Made by a program: the position numbers and the translations under genes. Below the pieces are notes generated by a model. It ran no database searches and was not told the origin of the DNA. It saw only the letters and a list, made by a program, of their open reading frames with translations. From assembly GCA_023229865.1 (NCBI GenBank), contig JALNYL010000002.1, positions 27,577 to 91,576 on the forward strand: DNA of 64,000 nt, given 5' to 3'. Numbering within the stretch: position 1 is the stretch's first letter; each line of letters opens with the position of its first letter. This document shows positions 1 to 8,909 of the stretch, in pieces. The DNA comes from Minisyncoccota bacterium (GTDB taxonomy: Bacteria > Patescibacteriota > Minisyncoccia > Phycocordibacterales > UBA1550).

Positions 1-139
1 TGACACGTTTCTGTTTGGATTATCAGTTTTAGTGCTCGGCGACCCGAAGAAAACCCCGAATTTACAGACTTATATGCCCTGAGCGCGAGCTCTTGGGCAC
101 CCCCCCCTCCCAGCATTTCAAGGCTTTCCGAGTTAATTT

Positions 140-1672
140 ATGGACATTAATATTGCACTCACGCTTGGTGGCGTGATGGCAATTCTGGTCGGTGGAGCAC
201 TCGGTTACCTTTTGCGTTGGTTCATTTCGGTGAGCAAACGCGATTCAATCGAGATCGAAGTAAAGCAAGTTCTTCTTTCTGCAAAGGAAGAAGCGCAGAA
301 AATTATTGAGGAAGCCGACCGAAGGGCCGAAGTGTATGGTCGCGAACTTCACGAAGAAGACCGCGAACAAACCGAGCGCTTCAAAAAGATGGAGGAGCGC
401 CTCGTCAAAAAAGAAGAATTTCTTGATAGACGACAACTCGACATCGACAGCGAAGCAACACATATCAAAGAAAAAGCAGAGGAGCTCAAAGCTATTCGCG
501 AAAAAATAACCAAGGAAAAAGAATTGGCTCAAAGCGAGCTTGAGCGCATCGCGCACCTCGAGCGAGGGGAAGCAAAAGAGGAGCTCATCAAACGTGCAGA
601 GAAAACATACGAGGAAGACCTTCTTGCCCGCATGAAGAAGATTGAAGCTGACGGAGAAGAACGTCTTGCACGCACTGCGCGCGAGATTCTTGCAACATCG
701 ATTCAACGCCTCGCCACATCAACAGCAGCAGAAATGATGGCGACATCAGTCCCTATTGCGTCTGATGAAATCAAAGGAAAGATTATTGGAAAAGAAGGCC
801 GCAACATTCGCGCATTTGAACGCGTTGCGGGAGTTGAAGTTATTGTGGACGACACACCTGGCTCAATTCTCATTTCATCATTCGACCCAATCCGTCGTCA
901 AATTGCGCGCGTTGCCCTTGAGGCACTTATTGAAGACGGGCGCATCCAACCTGCAAAGATCGAGGAAGCGGTAGAAAAGGCACGTGAGGATATCGCAAAG
1001 ATTACCAAAGAGAAAGGCGAGCAAGCAGCGTATGAATGTGGTGTCTTCAATCTCGACCCACGCATCATCGCTATCCTTGGACGTCTTCATTTCCGCACAA
1101 GTTATGGGCAAAACGTCCTCCAACACTCGATAGAGATGGCTCACATTGCGGGGATGATTGCTGAAGAAATCGGCGCAAATGTTCCCGTCGCAAAGGCAGG
1201 TGCCCTCCTTCATGACCTCGGAAAGGCAGTCGATCACGAAGTTCAGGGAACTCACGTCGAGATCGGCCGCAAGATTCTTCAGAAGTTCGACACTGATCCA
1301 CGCATTATTCAAGCAATGCAGTCACATCACGAGGAATATCCTTATGAGACGCTCGAATCAATCATCGTACAGACTGCGGACGCAATTTCTGGTGGCCGCC
1401 CTGGGGCACGTCGCGACTCAGCCGAGAACTACATCAAGCGCCTCGAGGATCTCGAGAATATCGCAAAATCCTTCCCTGCCGTCGAAAAAACCTATGCAAT
1501 TCAAGCCGGAAGAGAACTTCGTGTGTTTGTGAAGCCAGAAGAAATCACAGACATTGAAGCAAAGACTCTCGCCCGAGAAATCGCACTCCGTGTAGAAAAA
1601 GAATTGAAATATCCAGGAGAAATCAGAGTGGCAGTAATCCGCGAATCTCGCGCAATCGAATACGCACGATAG
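140..1672 (+). CDS. rny: Ribonuclease Y (N-terminal TM helix, coiled coil, KH domain, HD domain)
   Basis: 510-aa ORF. KH motif GKEGRNIRAFERVAGVEVIVDD. HD region LLHDLGKAVDHEVQGTHVEIG. N-terminal hydrophobic helix followed by a long E/K-rich coiled coil, the standard RNase Y architecture. Confidence 0.9.
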   Translation: MDINIALTLGGVMAILVGGALGYLLRWFISVSKRDSIEIEVKQVLLSAKEEAQKIIEEADRRAEVYGRELHEEDREQTERFKKMEERLVKKEEFLDRRQLDIDSEATHIKEKAEELKAIREKITKEKELAQSELERIAHLERGEAKEELIKRAEKTYEEDLLARMKKIEADGEERLARTAREILATSIQRLATSTAAEMMATSVPIASDEIKGKIIGKEGRNIRAFERVAGVEVIVDDTPGSILISSFDPIRRQIARVALEALIEDGRIQPAKIEEAVEKAREDIAKITKEKGEQAAYECGVFNLDPRIIAILGRLHFRTSYGQNVLQHSIEMAHIAGMIAEEIGANVPVAKAGALLHDLGKAVDHEVQGTHVEIGRKILQKFDTDPRIIQAMQSHHEEYPYETLESIIVQTADAISGGRPGARRDSAENYIKRLEDLENIAKSFPAVEKTYAIQAGRELRVFVKPEEITDIEAKTLAREIALRVEKELKYPGEIRVAVIRESRAIEYAR

Positions 1673-1853
1673 TTCCGCGCCACACAATTAGACCGAGCAC
1701 AAGGGGATTCAGTGGGCAACCACCGAATCCCCTTGTATCTATTGCATAAAAAAACTCTGGGGAGTATACTTATTTGCAAGGGGGCTCGGGTGAGTCGCTC
1801 TCACCGCAGAACTCGCGTTTTAGTATTAAAAGTTAACGTTAACAAAAATAATT

Positions 1854-2129
1854 ATGAACAAAGCAGCTATCGCAGAAATCATCCACGAGAAAATGGGTGG
1901 AACAAAAGTATCAGCAGAGCAGACAGTTGAGGCTATCCTCGATGGAATGATTGCAACTCTTAAGAAGGGTGGCGAAGTTTCAATCGCAGGCCTCGGTATC
2001 TTCTCAGTAAAGCCACGCGCAGCACGTACAGCTCGCAACCCAAAGACTGGTGAGACCATTCAGGTAAAGGCGACAAAGGTTCCAAAGTTCCGCGCCGCAA
2101 AGGCCCTCAAGGACGCTGTAGCAAAGTAA
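1854..2129 (+). CDS. hup: DNA-binding protein HU
   Basis: 91-aa ORF. HU/IHF signature GLGIFSVKPRAARTARNPKTGETIQV, with the arm region and a C-terminal KFRAAKALKDAV tail. Confidence 0.9.
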   Translation: MNKAAIAEIIHEKMGGTKVSAEQTVEAILDGMIATLKKGGEVSIAGLGIFSVKPRAARTARNPKTGETIQVKATKVPKFRAAKALKDAVAK

Positions 2130-2147
2130 TAATTTACTTACTCTAAA

Positions 2148-2181
2148 TAAAAAACGCGCTCGGTACCGAGCGCGTTTTTTA
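2148..2181 (+). terminator. Rho-independent terminator after hup
   Basis: Hairpin aacgcgctcggtaccgagcgcgtt followed by a T-tract. Confidence 0.7.
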
Positions 2182-2186
2182 TTGCT

Positions 2187-2738
2187 TTGCAAACGACTCG
2201 CGCAAATGATATTCTCTCCTTAGACAGACCCAAGGAGATTATTGTGGAAAAATATCTCGTACCAAAAAGACTAACTCTTGCGAGTGTAACAAAATGTTTG
2301 AAGACCTATGAGGTTGATCACCTATTTATTCGACTCATGGGATCGAAGGGCGGCACGGTCAAAGCTGATGAGCGTCTCCAGGGGAAAAAACTTGTAGTGC
2401 TTCACAACAAATCAACAATTCGTTTCATTGTTAACAAAAAAGAAGTGTGCAGACTTCCTCTCAAAGAATTTCTTGAAGACATCGAGGACAGGCAGGGCCT
2501 TCAAGTTGCATACGAAAGATTTGACCGCAACAATAATATGGTTTTTCTCCCCACGGGAGTTGATCCTTACGACCCGAACCTTCTTGAACCTCGTCGTTCA
2601 ATATTGCGACTCGCCATTGATTGGCACTTGGTAGAAATTTATTTTAAAGGAAGAGTTCATCTTAAGTTTCACTCATGGTGGATCGAGCCTCACTTCGGCC
2701 TTTGGGCGATTATGGCTCCGGAAGAAATATCGAATTAG
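2187..2738 (+). CDS. Hypothetical protein
   Basis: 183-aa ORF with no recognisable motif. Followed by a hairpin terminator at 2744-2778 (cccctcgagaatattattctcgagggg + T-tract). Confidence 0.5.
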   Translation: MQTTRANDILSLDRPKEIIVEKYLVPKRLTLASVTKCLKTYEVDHLFIRLMGSKGGTVKADERLQGKKLVVLHNKSTIRFIVNKKEVCRLPLKEFLEDIEDRQGLQVAYERFDRNNNMVFLPTGVDPYDPNLLEPRRSILRLAIDWHLVEIYFKGRVHLKFHSWWIEPHFGLWAIMAPEEISN

Positions 2739-2792
2739 CATTTCCCCTCGAGAATATTATTCTCGAGGGGAGTTTTTATATGGGGCTCCAAA

Positions 2793-3395
2793 ATGTCTGC
2801 TCGTCTTGCTTTTTCACAGAAACAAAGTAGTATCAATCGTGGGTTCTTTACTTCACAAAACAAGGAGAGGAAAATGCTCAACACTCTGAAAGTCCTCTGG
2901 AATAAGTTATTTCCAGCAGATCCAGCTGACTTAACTGTCTTACAGAAATCACTTCCAAAAACAAAATCTCGCGTTCGGGGATTCACTATCGAAATACAAC
3001 GTGAGGATGGCTGCGCGTTGCGGTCTACTCAAGGAGACGCGCTTGTTGTTGATGGATATTTTAAGGTGATTGTTAAATATGACGGCTCAAACCCTCTTTA
3101 CCCCAACGAGAAACAAGATTCGAGGGTTGTTGCCTTGATGACAAATTCTCTGCATGACAAATGCGCGGGTTGGGCCAACGGGCTGTTCTACTCCCCTCGA
3201 GGAACAAAGTTTGCCTCAGTGGTGATTGAGGAAGAATACAGAGACGGAAGTGGGTTTGTTGATTGGCTTGGCAGTGGTCCGCCACCACGGATTACCCCTG
3301 GATACATGCTTTACGTGTGGGTCTACGACAAACACAAAGAGCGTCTATTCGGGTGTGGGATAGTGTCTCGTCCCGCAGAAAAGAAAAATATGTAA
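2793..3395 (+). CDS. Hypothetical protein (alternative start at 2871)
   Basis: 200-aa ORF with no recognised domain. Terminator hairpin at 3403-3433 (aaaagctccgcacgcggagctttt + T-tract). Confidence 0.45.
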   Translation: MSARLAFSQKQSSINRGFFTSQNKERKMLNTLKVLWNKLFPADPADLTVLQKSLPKTKSRVRGFTIEIQREDGCALRSTQGDALVVDGYFKVIVKYDGSNPLYPNEKQDSRVVALMTNSLHDKCAGWANGLFYSPRGTKFASVVIEEEYRDGSGFVDWLGSGPPPRITPGYMLYVWVYDKHKERLFGCGIVSRPAEKKNM

Positions 3396-3436
3396 TGTTT
3401 TTAAAAGCTCCGCACGCGGAGCTTTTTCTTTTTGGT

Positions 3437-3600
3437 GCGGGTACGGCTCTCGGTCACGAGTTACTAAGCGACTTCGTCGAGTACGACTCCCTCGCTAAGT
3501 ACTCTCGACCCCGGCTCGCTGACAAGCCCTCACTTCGTTCGTCTTGTGTACCAGCTCCGCCTTTCGATTCTCCGTACCCGCACAAAATGCAAAGCCGCCA
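3437..3600 (+). repeat. tRNA-Gly-associated repeat element, copy 1 (~165 bp; second copy at 9459-9670)
   Basis: Begins GGTGCGGGTACGGCTCTCGGTCACGAG and ends CCGTACCCGCAC, a terminal inverted repeat identical to the acceptor/T-stem of the adjacent tRNA-Gly. Shares a ~95-bp core with copy 2 at ~90% identity (ctcgctaag..ggctcgctgacaagc.ctcacttcgttcgtcttgt.taccagctccgcctttcgattctcc). Confidence 0.6.
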
Positions 3601-3628
3601 AAACAAAAGTTTTGGCGGCTGCATTTTG

Positions 3629-3699
3629 TGCGGGTACGGAGAATCGAACTCCGGTATACTGCTTGGAAGGCAGTCATTCTACCATTAAACTATACCCGC
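3629..3699 (-). tRNA. tRNA-Gly (anticodon UCC)
   Basis: Reverse complement reads GCGGGTATAGTTTAATGGTAGAATGACTGCCTTCCAAGCAGTATACCGGAGTTCGATTCTCCGTACCCGCA. The cloverleaf is intact with T-loop TTCGATT and anticodon loop CTTCCAA (anticodon TCC). CCA is not encoded. Confidence 0.85.
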
Positions 3700-3884
3700 A
3701 AGCGAGTGACAAAATGAAAAAGTTTACTTGTTCATTTTTCGCGAGCGCCGCGGGTATAAGTACTCTTATACCCGCAAACCTCACTCATATACCCGCGGCA
3801 CCTATTCAATACCTGCCTTTCAGCAAGTAACGACACAATAGCAGAAATCGTCCAATTTCGCAATTCCCAAAAGGCACTAATCCC

Positions 3885-4349
3885 CTAGATCAGCGAACGC
3901 ACCTTTGCCACGATTTCATCAAGCGTAAAATTTGCCTTGATCATAAAATCCGTTGCCCCAAGAGACTTTGCCTTCTCAAGGTCTTCTGCTTGTCCAAGAT
4001 TACTCAAGATAACAACGGGGATATCTGCCGTTTTTGGGTTCGACTTAATACGATGCAAAATCTCAAAGCCATCAACCCCAGGGAGAATAAGGTCACAGAG
4101 AATAATATTTGGCTTGCGATCCTCAAGAACAATAAAAGCCGACTGCGCATCCACGGCATTTTGCACATCAAAACCCTCTTTTGCAATCTTTTTAACAAGA
4201 AGTTCTTTCAAAAACTTGTCATCTTCAATAACAAGTACGAACGGCTTATTTTCTGGAGTTGCCGCTGTTTCTGGGGCAGGAGAAGCAACCGGAGCAGGAT
4301 TTGCTACAGGATTTACTGGTTCTGGGGTTGTTGTTGCTGTTTCTTCCAT
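3885..4349 (-). CDS. Stand-alone response-regulator receiver (REC) protein with Pro/Ala-rich N-terminus
   Basis: 154 aa. FVLVIEDD..CDLILPGVDGFEIL..IPVVILSNLGQ..KAKSLGATDF is a CheY-like receiver with phospho-acceptor Asp context. No DNA-binding output domain. Confidence 0.8.
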   Translation of the reverse strand: MEETATTTPEPVNPVANPAPVASPAPETAATPENKPFVLVIEDDKFLKELLVKKIAKEGFDVQNAVDAQSAFIVLEDRKPNIILCDLILPGVDGFEILHRIKSNPKTADIPVVILSNLGQAEDLEKAKSLGATDFMIKANFTLDEIVAKVRSLI

Positions 4350-4385
4350 GAGTTTATTTATTCTAGTACAAAACGACCATCTCTC

Positions 4386-6284
4386 CTAGGCTGTGGGCAC
4401 TTGGGAAGCAGGAGCCTCTTCTTGCTTTGGAAGGAGCTCTGGATTTGTAGGAATTACCACCGCCATTGTCGTACCCTTCCCTTCTTCAGAATCAACCCAG
4501 AGCTGTCCACCGTGGCGCACAATGATATTCTTCACAATGAAGAGACCGAGCCCTGAACCATCTGTCTGCAAGTGAATCACGTTCGCCGCGCGGAAGAATT
4601 TCGAGAAGAGTTTTGGAATCTCTGCTTTAGGAATACCGACACCCGTGTCAGAAACTTTCACCTCCACATAATCCCCTTGCCTCTCGACAACAATAGTCAC
4701 CTTACCACTAGGGAGCGTATACTTGATCGCATTGTCCACAATATTTTGAAGTGCGATAAGGAGTTTATCTTTATCAAAAACGAAATCAGGGATTGTTCCT
4801 GCGCGATTTTCAAAACGCACTTCGATATTGCGCTCACGTGAAGGGAGCACGGTGTTCTCAACAAGCGTACTCAAGAGTTTCATAAAATCATTCGTCTCGA
4901 GCTTGTAACCATACTTGTCGTTTTCAATGCGTGACACATTAAGAAGGTCATCAACGAGTTGTGACATCTTCACCCCTGTCTCATACCCACGCGTGAGCAT
5001 CCCCTTCTGCTCTTCAGTCACCTCACCGAGGTCGCCATCAAGAAGGAGCTTGAGCACCCATTTGATTCCCGAGAGCGGAGTACGGAGTTGGTGCGCCGCC
5101 ACAGAAATAAAATCAGATTTCATTTTGTCGAGCTCACGCAAGTTTGCGACCATGGAGTTAAAGACTTCACCGAAGCGACCAATCTCATCGTTCGAATGAT
5201 GTTCAACTTTCTGATTCAAATCTCCATCAGCAATCTTGCGCGCAACGAGTGAGTAACGACGAATAGGCCCCACGACTTCACGCTCAAGGATAATAGCAAG
5301 CACAACAGCGAGCACTGCAGTAAACACAATCCCTACACCAAACATACGAAGACGAAGTTCTCCCACACGTGACTCGTACGCATCCTTTGCGATATGGATT
5401 TCGATAAGGCCAATATTTTTTACAACGCCAGTTTTTTCATCGCGTGAAGGAATAGGTACCACGCGCATAATGATAGTCTTGCCATTTTCTACGCGCTCGA
5501 TTTCTCCAAAAGGATTCTTCCCTGCAAGCACATCTTCACGAACCTTCTTGTATTCAATAGGGTCATTAACAAATTTCTCCTTCCCGTCTCCCGTGTTTGC
5601 GATAACCGAAAGCTGACTATCAAAAACAACAAAGGCGTCAAAGAAATAAAAATGGGTAACATTATCAGTGATTTTCTGAAGCGCGGCAAAATCTTCATTT
5701 CTTGTCACAATGATCGCGCGCGCACTCTGCTCAACACTTGCAACGATAACCTGCAAAAGTTTTTCTGCCTCAGCTATGTCTGCGGCACTCTTTGAGCGCG
5801 TAGTGACTTCCACCTCAATAATATTAATAAGTTTTGATTGCTGATCGTTTGCGTCGATAAAGATAGGAATGTAACGCTCGAGGTCATAGTAATTTCCCGC
5901 GTCATCTTTTTTTGTAAAAGACACGCGCTTCGTCTTAATCTCTTCAATAGAAGCGAGGTCAGTCTGACTTATCCCCTGCCCAATGAGTGAATGATTTGTC
6001 GCTGCAATATATTTATTATCAACATCACTTACCGTCACATACTCCACGCCAGGGATCCTTCCTATTTCATCGACGATGTCTTGCAAGTATGTACTCTGTG
6101 CCTGAATCTGCGTAAACATACGCTCGATGTCCAATCGCAAAATATCGGTCACCGCATCTGCGTCGTTGACCACCTGGCTTTTAAGGTTCCTCCCTTCAAT
6201 GCTTATGATAATCCAAAAGGCAATCGTGAGCGTAACAGCAATCACAGCCACAAGCACAAGATTTATCTTTGTACCGAGTTTCAT
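4386..6284 (-). CDS. Sensor histidine kinase (2 TM, periplasmic sensor, HAMP, HisKA, HATPase_c)
   Basis: 632 aa. H-box SVAAHQLRTPLSGI. N/G1/G2 boxes DNAIKYT, DTGVGIP, GSGLGLFIVKNII. Sits immediately upstream of the REC gene in the same orientation. Confidence 0.85.
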   Translation of the reverse strand: MKLGTKINLVLVAVIAVTLTIAFWIIISIEGRNLKSQVVNDADAVTDILRLDIERMFTQIQAQSTYLQDIVDEIGRIPGVEYVTVSDVDNKYIAATNHSLIGQGISQTDLASIEEIKTKRVSFTKKDDAGNYYDLERYIPIFIDANDQQSKLINIIEVEVTTRSKSAADIAEAEKLLQVIVASVEQSARAIIVTRNEDFAALQKITDNVTHFYFFDAFVVFDSQLSVIANTGDGKEKFVNDPIEYKKVREDVLAGKNPFGEIERVENGKTIIMRVVPIPSRDEKTGVVKNIGLIEIHIAKDAYESRVGELRLRMFGVGIVFTAVLAVVLAIILEREVVGPIRRYSLVARKIADGDLNQKVEHHSNDEIGRFGEVFNSMVANLRELDKMKSDFISVAAHQLRTPLSGIKWVLKLLLDGDLGEVTEEQKGMLTRGYETGVKMSQLVDDLLNVSRIENDKYGYKLETNDFMKLLSTLVENTVLPSRERNIEVRFENRAGTIPDFVFDKDKLLIALQNIVDNAIKYTLPSGKVTIVVERQGDYVEVKVSDTGVGIPKAEIPKLFSKFFRAANVIHLQTDGSGLGLFIVKNIIVRHGGQLWVDSEEGKGTTMAVVIPTNPELLPKQEEAPASQVPTA

Positions 6285-6342
6285 TTCCTCTTAATTATAC
6301 ACCATTTGCATCCGTAAGGAGAATTGAAAATGTGGAAAACAA

Positions 6343-6368
6343 AAGGGCGGTCGCTTTGCGACCGCCCT
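6343..6368 (-). terminator. Terminator (minus strand) downstream of ORF 6381-6728
   Basis: Hairpin gggcggtcgc-tttg-cgaccgccc. On the minus strand it is followed by a T-tract. Confidence 0.55.
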
Positions 6369-6380
6369 AACTTCCAAACT

Positions 6381-6728
6381 TCAGAAATCCAATAGTTTCA
6401 ACGCGAGCTCCTTTGCTCGGTATGCGATAGCTTGTTCGGAGAGCCCGAGGTCCAAAAGTCTTCGATGAGCCTCATCAACACTCGAGGCAATAGAACTTCT
6501 TTCCTCATCAGAATACAGTTTGCCAACCCCCGAGTATTCATCAGCAAGGAGTAAAGCCTTCCCGCGGACATACGCACGGAGCACCTCTTCCCTCTTCCCC
6601 TCTCGAGAAGCTGAGCGCTTCCGAGAACCACCATTGTGATAAGTCATACAAACCTCCCACGAGATATATTGAGAAGAATTTCCTGTTTCTTCTTCAAAAC
6701 TAACTCTATTCTCTCCGAAAGTCAACAA
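6381..6728 (-). CDS. Hypothetical small protein
   Basis: 115-aa ORF. Has its own terminator and no recognisable motif. Confidence 0.35.
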   Translation of the reverse strand: MLTFGENRVSFEEETGNSSQYISWEVCMTYHNGGSRKRSASREGKREEVLRAYVRGKALLLADEYSGVGKLYSDEERSSIASSVDEAHRRLLDLGLSEQAIAYRAKELALKLLDF

Positions 6729-6805
6729 AATGTTACATGTGAAACACCGCCCAAAAGTACCAGTGTTCCTGAATTAGTAAATTCACGTCTTGGGCGCAGT
6801 GAAAC

Positions 6806-7852
6806 CTAGTTAATCTCAATATCTATATGGCGAACCGCAGGAATCTCCTGTTTAATGCGCTCTTCGAGCTCGTCAATACGTGTTCCGATCACGCGTGGCA
6901 CACGGTCAGTGTATTCAACACAAAAACGCACAAATTCCTGATAATCCTCTTTTACCGTTTCATAATCCTCTTTAAGCATCACGCCGTTTGAAACTTCCTT
7001 AAAAAGTGCCGTTCCATTGACCTCCACTTCACATTTTGCGCGATATTTCCCGAGTTCAACGGTCGCCGATTTAAAGTCATACACACGCTCAATCATGGGA
7101 TCTGCGACAAGAATCTCAATAATGCGCTCTTTAATTTCCTCCGGAATAGACTTTTCAACCAAAAAACGCTTATTTTTCACAATAAGAACCACAGCAACCC
7201 ACGCAAGGAGGGCACCAATAACGATAGAACCGACCGAGTCCCAGAGAGGATTTCCTGTCAAATACGAAAGTCCGACGGATACCGCAGCAAGAAAGACACC
7301 AAGAACAGCGACTCCATCTTCGTAAACCACCGCAAGTACCGTAGGATCCCCTTCTTCAAGCATCTCAAAAAACGTTTCATCCTCCCCTTTTTTACTCCAC
7401 AACTCACGAAAAGCAATAGAAAATGTGAAAAATTCAACAACAAACGATACGCCGAGGATCAAAAAGATAACCGGCTCAAAATCAAGATGATTTGGGTGTA
7501 AAAGCGTTGAAATACCATGATAGATGGTTACTCCCGCACCAACGAAGAACACGCCACAAGCTGAAATAAGGGCCCAAAAGAAGCGTTCTAGTCCATACCC
7601 ATAAGAAGATGCCTCGTCGGGAGCTCGTCGACTTTTTACAATACCAACAAGGAGGAGGGATTGATTTGCCGTGTCTGCAAGACTGTGAATCGCCTCAGAA
7701 AAGAGCGAGCTTGACCCAGAAACCATAAAACCGAAGGCTTTTAGGAGGGTTATAGTGAAATTACCAACGAGCGCCGCAATAACAGAAACAAAGCCGGGCT
7801 CTCTTTTGTAGCCAATTAGCTTAATTTCATTAGGTTTTTCGATGTTACTCAT
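6806..7852 (-). CDS. Cation diffusion facilitator (CDF) family metal efflux transporter
   Basis: TM helices with HSLADTANQ, followed by a cytoplasmic C-terminal domain. The start is trimmed to the internal ATG (MSNIEKP...) at 7850-7852 because the upstream ORF extension overlaps tRNA-Pro. Confidence 0.75.
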   Translation of the reverse strand: MSNIEKPNEIKLIGYKREPGFVSVIAALVGNFTITLLKAFGFMVSGSSSLFSEAIHSLADTANQSLLLVGIVKSRRAPDEASSYGYGLERFFWALISACGVFFVGAGVTIYHGISTLLHPNHLDFEPVIFLILGVSFVVEFFTFSIAFRELWSKKGEDETFFEMLEEGDPTVLAVVYEDGVAVLGVFLAAVSVGLSYLTGNPLWDSVGSIVIGALLAWVAVVLIVKNKRFLVEKSIPEEIKERIIEILVADPMIERVYDFKSATVELGKYRAKCEVEVNGTALFKEVSNGVMLKEDYETVKEDYQEFVRFCVEYTDRVPRVIGTRIDELEERIKQEIPAVRHIDIEIN

Positions 7853-7887
7853 GAAACGCCCATACGGGCAGTGGGTCAAAATCCTTG

Positions 7888-7960
7888 TCGGGGTGCCGAG
7901 AATCGAACTCGGCCTATCTGCTCCCAAAGCAGACGTACTACCGATATACTACACCCCGAC
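7888..7960 (-). tRNA. tRNA-Pro (anticodon UGG)
   Basis: Reverse complement reads GTCGGGGTGTAGTATATCGGTAGTACGTCTGCTTTGGGAGCAGATAGGCCGAGTTCGATTCTCGGCACCCCGACA. Anticodon loop TTTGGGA with G37. T-arm GCCGAG/TTCGATT/CTCGGC. Confidence 0.75.
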
Positions 7961-8065
7961 AAGAACTTCGACGCGTCCAAGACGTGAATTTGTTAATTCA
8001 GAAACTCAGGAGAATCATAGCACATATATCTTATTTTGCGAAGCCCAAACGAACAAAAGCGTATA

Positions 8066-8500
8066 TTAAAGCACAATATCCTCAATAAATTTAACTTTTG
8101 CTTGCTTGTTTTTAGTGTCAAGTCGCACCGTAATTGCGTCAAACTTCCATTCCGGCTCCCCTTTTGGGTATTTTTCAATTAAATATACCTGGATCGTCCG
8201 CGCTAACCTTTTCAACTTATATTCATGAATATTGTCCTCAGGGCGATAATTATCTGTTACATATGGAACACGTCCCTCCAAGCTATGAGAATCTAGCCCA
8301 ATTTCCAGCGATGTTTCATGTGTAACAGTTTTTACCTCAATAAAATGAAGGATTTTGCCTTTTTCGGCAATAATATCAATTTCCCCATATTTTTTACGAT
8401 AATTTAGGCATTTTATCGAAAAACCCTTATTTTCTAAGTATTTTTTGGCAATATCCTCACCAAGGCGCCCAATTTTCTGTTTTTGTGTGGGTTCTACCAT
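8066..8500 (-). CDS. YraN/UPF0102 family endonuclease-like protein
   Basis: 144 aa. GRLGEDIAKKYLENKGFSIKCLNYRKKYGEIDIIAE matches the YraN N-terminal core. Confidence 0.55.
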   Translation of the reverse strand: MVEPTQKQKIGRLGEDIAKKYLENKGFSIKCLNYRKKYGEIDIIAEKGKILHFIEVKTVTHETSLEIGLDSHSLEGRVPYVTDNYRPEDNIHEYKLKRLARTIQVYLIEKYPKGEPEWKFDAITVRLDTKNKQAKVKFIEDIVL

Positions 8501-8860
8501 TTTCAGCCCAATTATAGCAGGTTAGTCAGTATTTGTTTCATGAGTAACATAAATATGAGTCCAAAATTCTCTCACGTGAAACACTTTTGGCCTATTTTCT
8601 AGCGTTTTTCCCCACTTTTCCCAAAAAACCTATATTTATCAACGATAAAACACGAATCCAAGTCTTGTCTTTTATCGTTTTGGACATAAAATACGGACAA
8701 AATTGTGTCCTTTATCAACACTATCCACATAGTTATCCACAGTTTTTTGGAATTTTCCCCATATTTTGCCTATTTTCGCCGTTGACACCATGTGTCAAAA
8801 CAGTGCTTTGTGCTAAAAAATGTCCTTTACAAAAGAAATAGGTGTCCTTTATGTGACCCA
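8500..8860. promoter_or_regulatory. Intergenic regulatory region with two DnaA-box-like 9-mers and a triple TGTCCTTTA repeat
   Basis: cTATCCACA and TTATCCACA sit 4 bp apart at ~8726-8747. (T)GTCCTTTA(T/C) occurs three times (~8709, 8821, 8849). An inverted repeat aacgataaaa/ttttatcgtt and the palindrome ttgacaccatgtgtcaa are also present. Confidence 0.4.
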
Positions 8861-8892
8861 GAAAAGAAAAAGCCGAGGAGTCCTCGGCTTTT
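8860..8892 (-). terminator. Terminator after the Cys-rich ORF
   Basis: Hairpin aaaagccgaggagtcctcggctttt. The T-tract is on the minus strand. Confidence 0.6.
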
Positions 8893-8909
8893 AATGCTGT
8901 ATTGATTAC

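Noticed and set aside
245-1312. Several 60-150-aa minus-strand ORFs inside rny
   Set aside because: Antisense to a high-confidence conserved gene. K/F-rich junk translations.
3437-3600. Plus-strand intron-containing tRNA or tmRNA hypothesis for the repeat elements
   Set aside because: The elements start and end with tRNA acceptor halves, but the internal sequence cannot be folded into D/anticodon/T arms. There is no tag-peptide reading frame ending in AA-stop, and the sizes (165/212 nt) are wrong for tmRNA or a group I intron. They are kept as repeats, not RNA genes.
3546-3830. 94-aa and 60-aa ORFs across tRNA-Gly(UCC) and its palindromes
   Set aside because: They coincide with an RNA gene and perfect palindromes, which generate mirror ORFs. 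There is no coding signal.
7853-7927. Upstream extension of the CDF transporter ORF
   Set aside because: It overlaps tRNA-Pro on the same strand. The internal ATG at 7850-7852 gives a normal-length CDF protein.
8587-8841. 84-aa ORF within the DnaA-box/triple-repeat intergenic region
   Set aside because: F/P-rich low-complexity product. The region is better explained as regulatory DNA.
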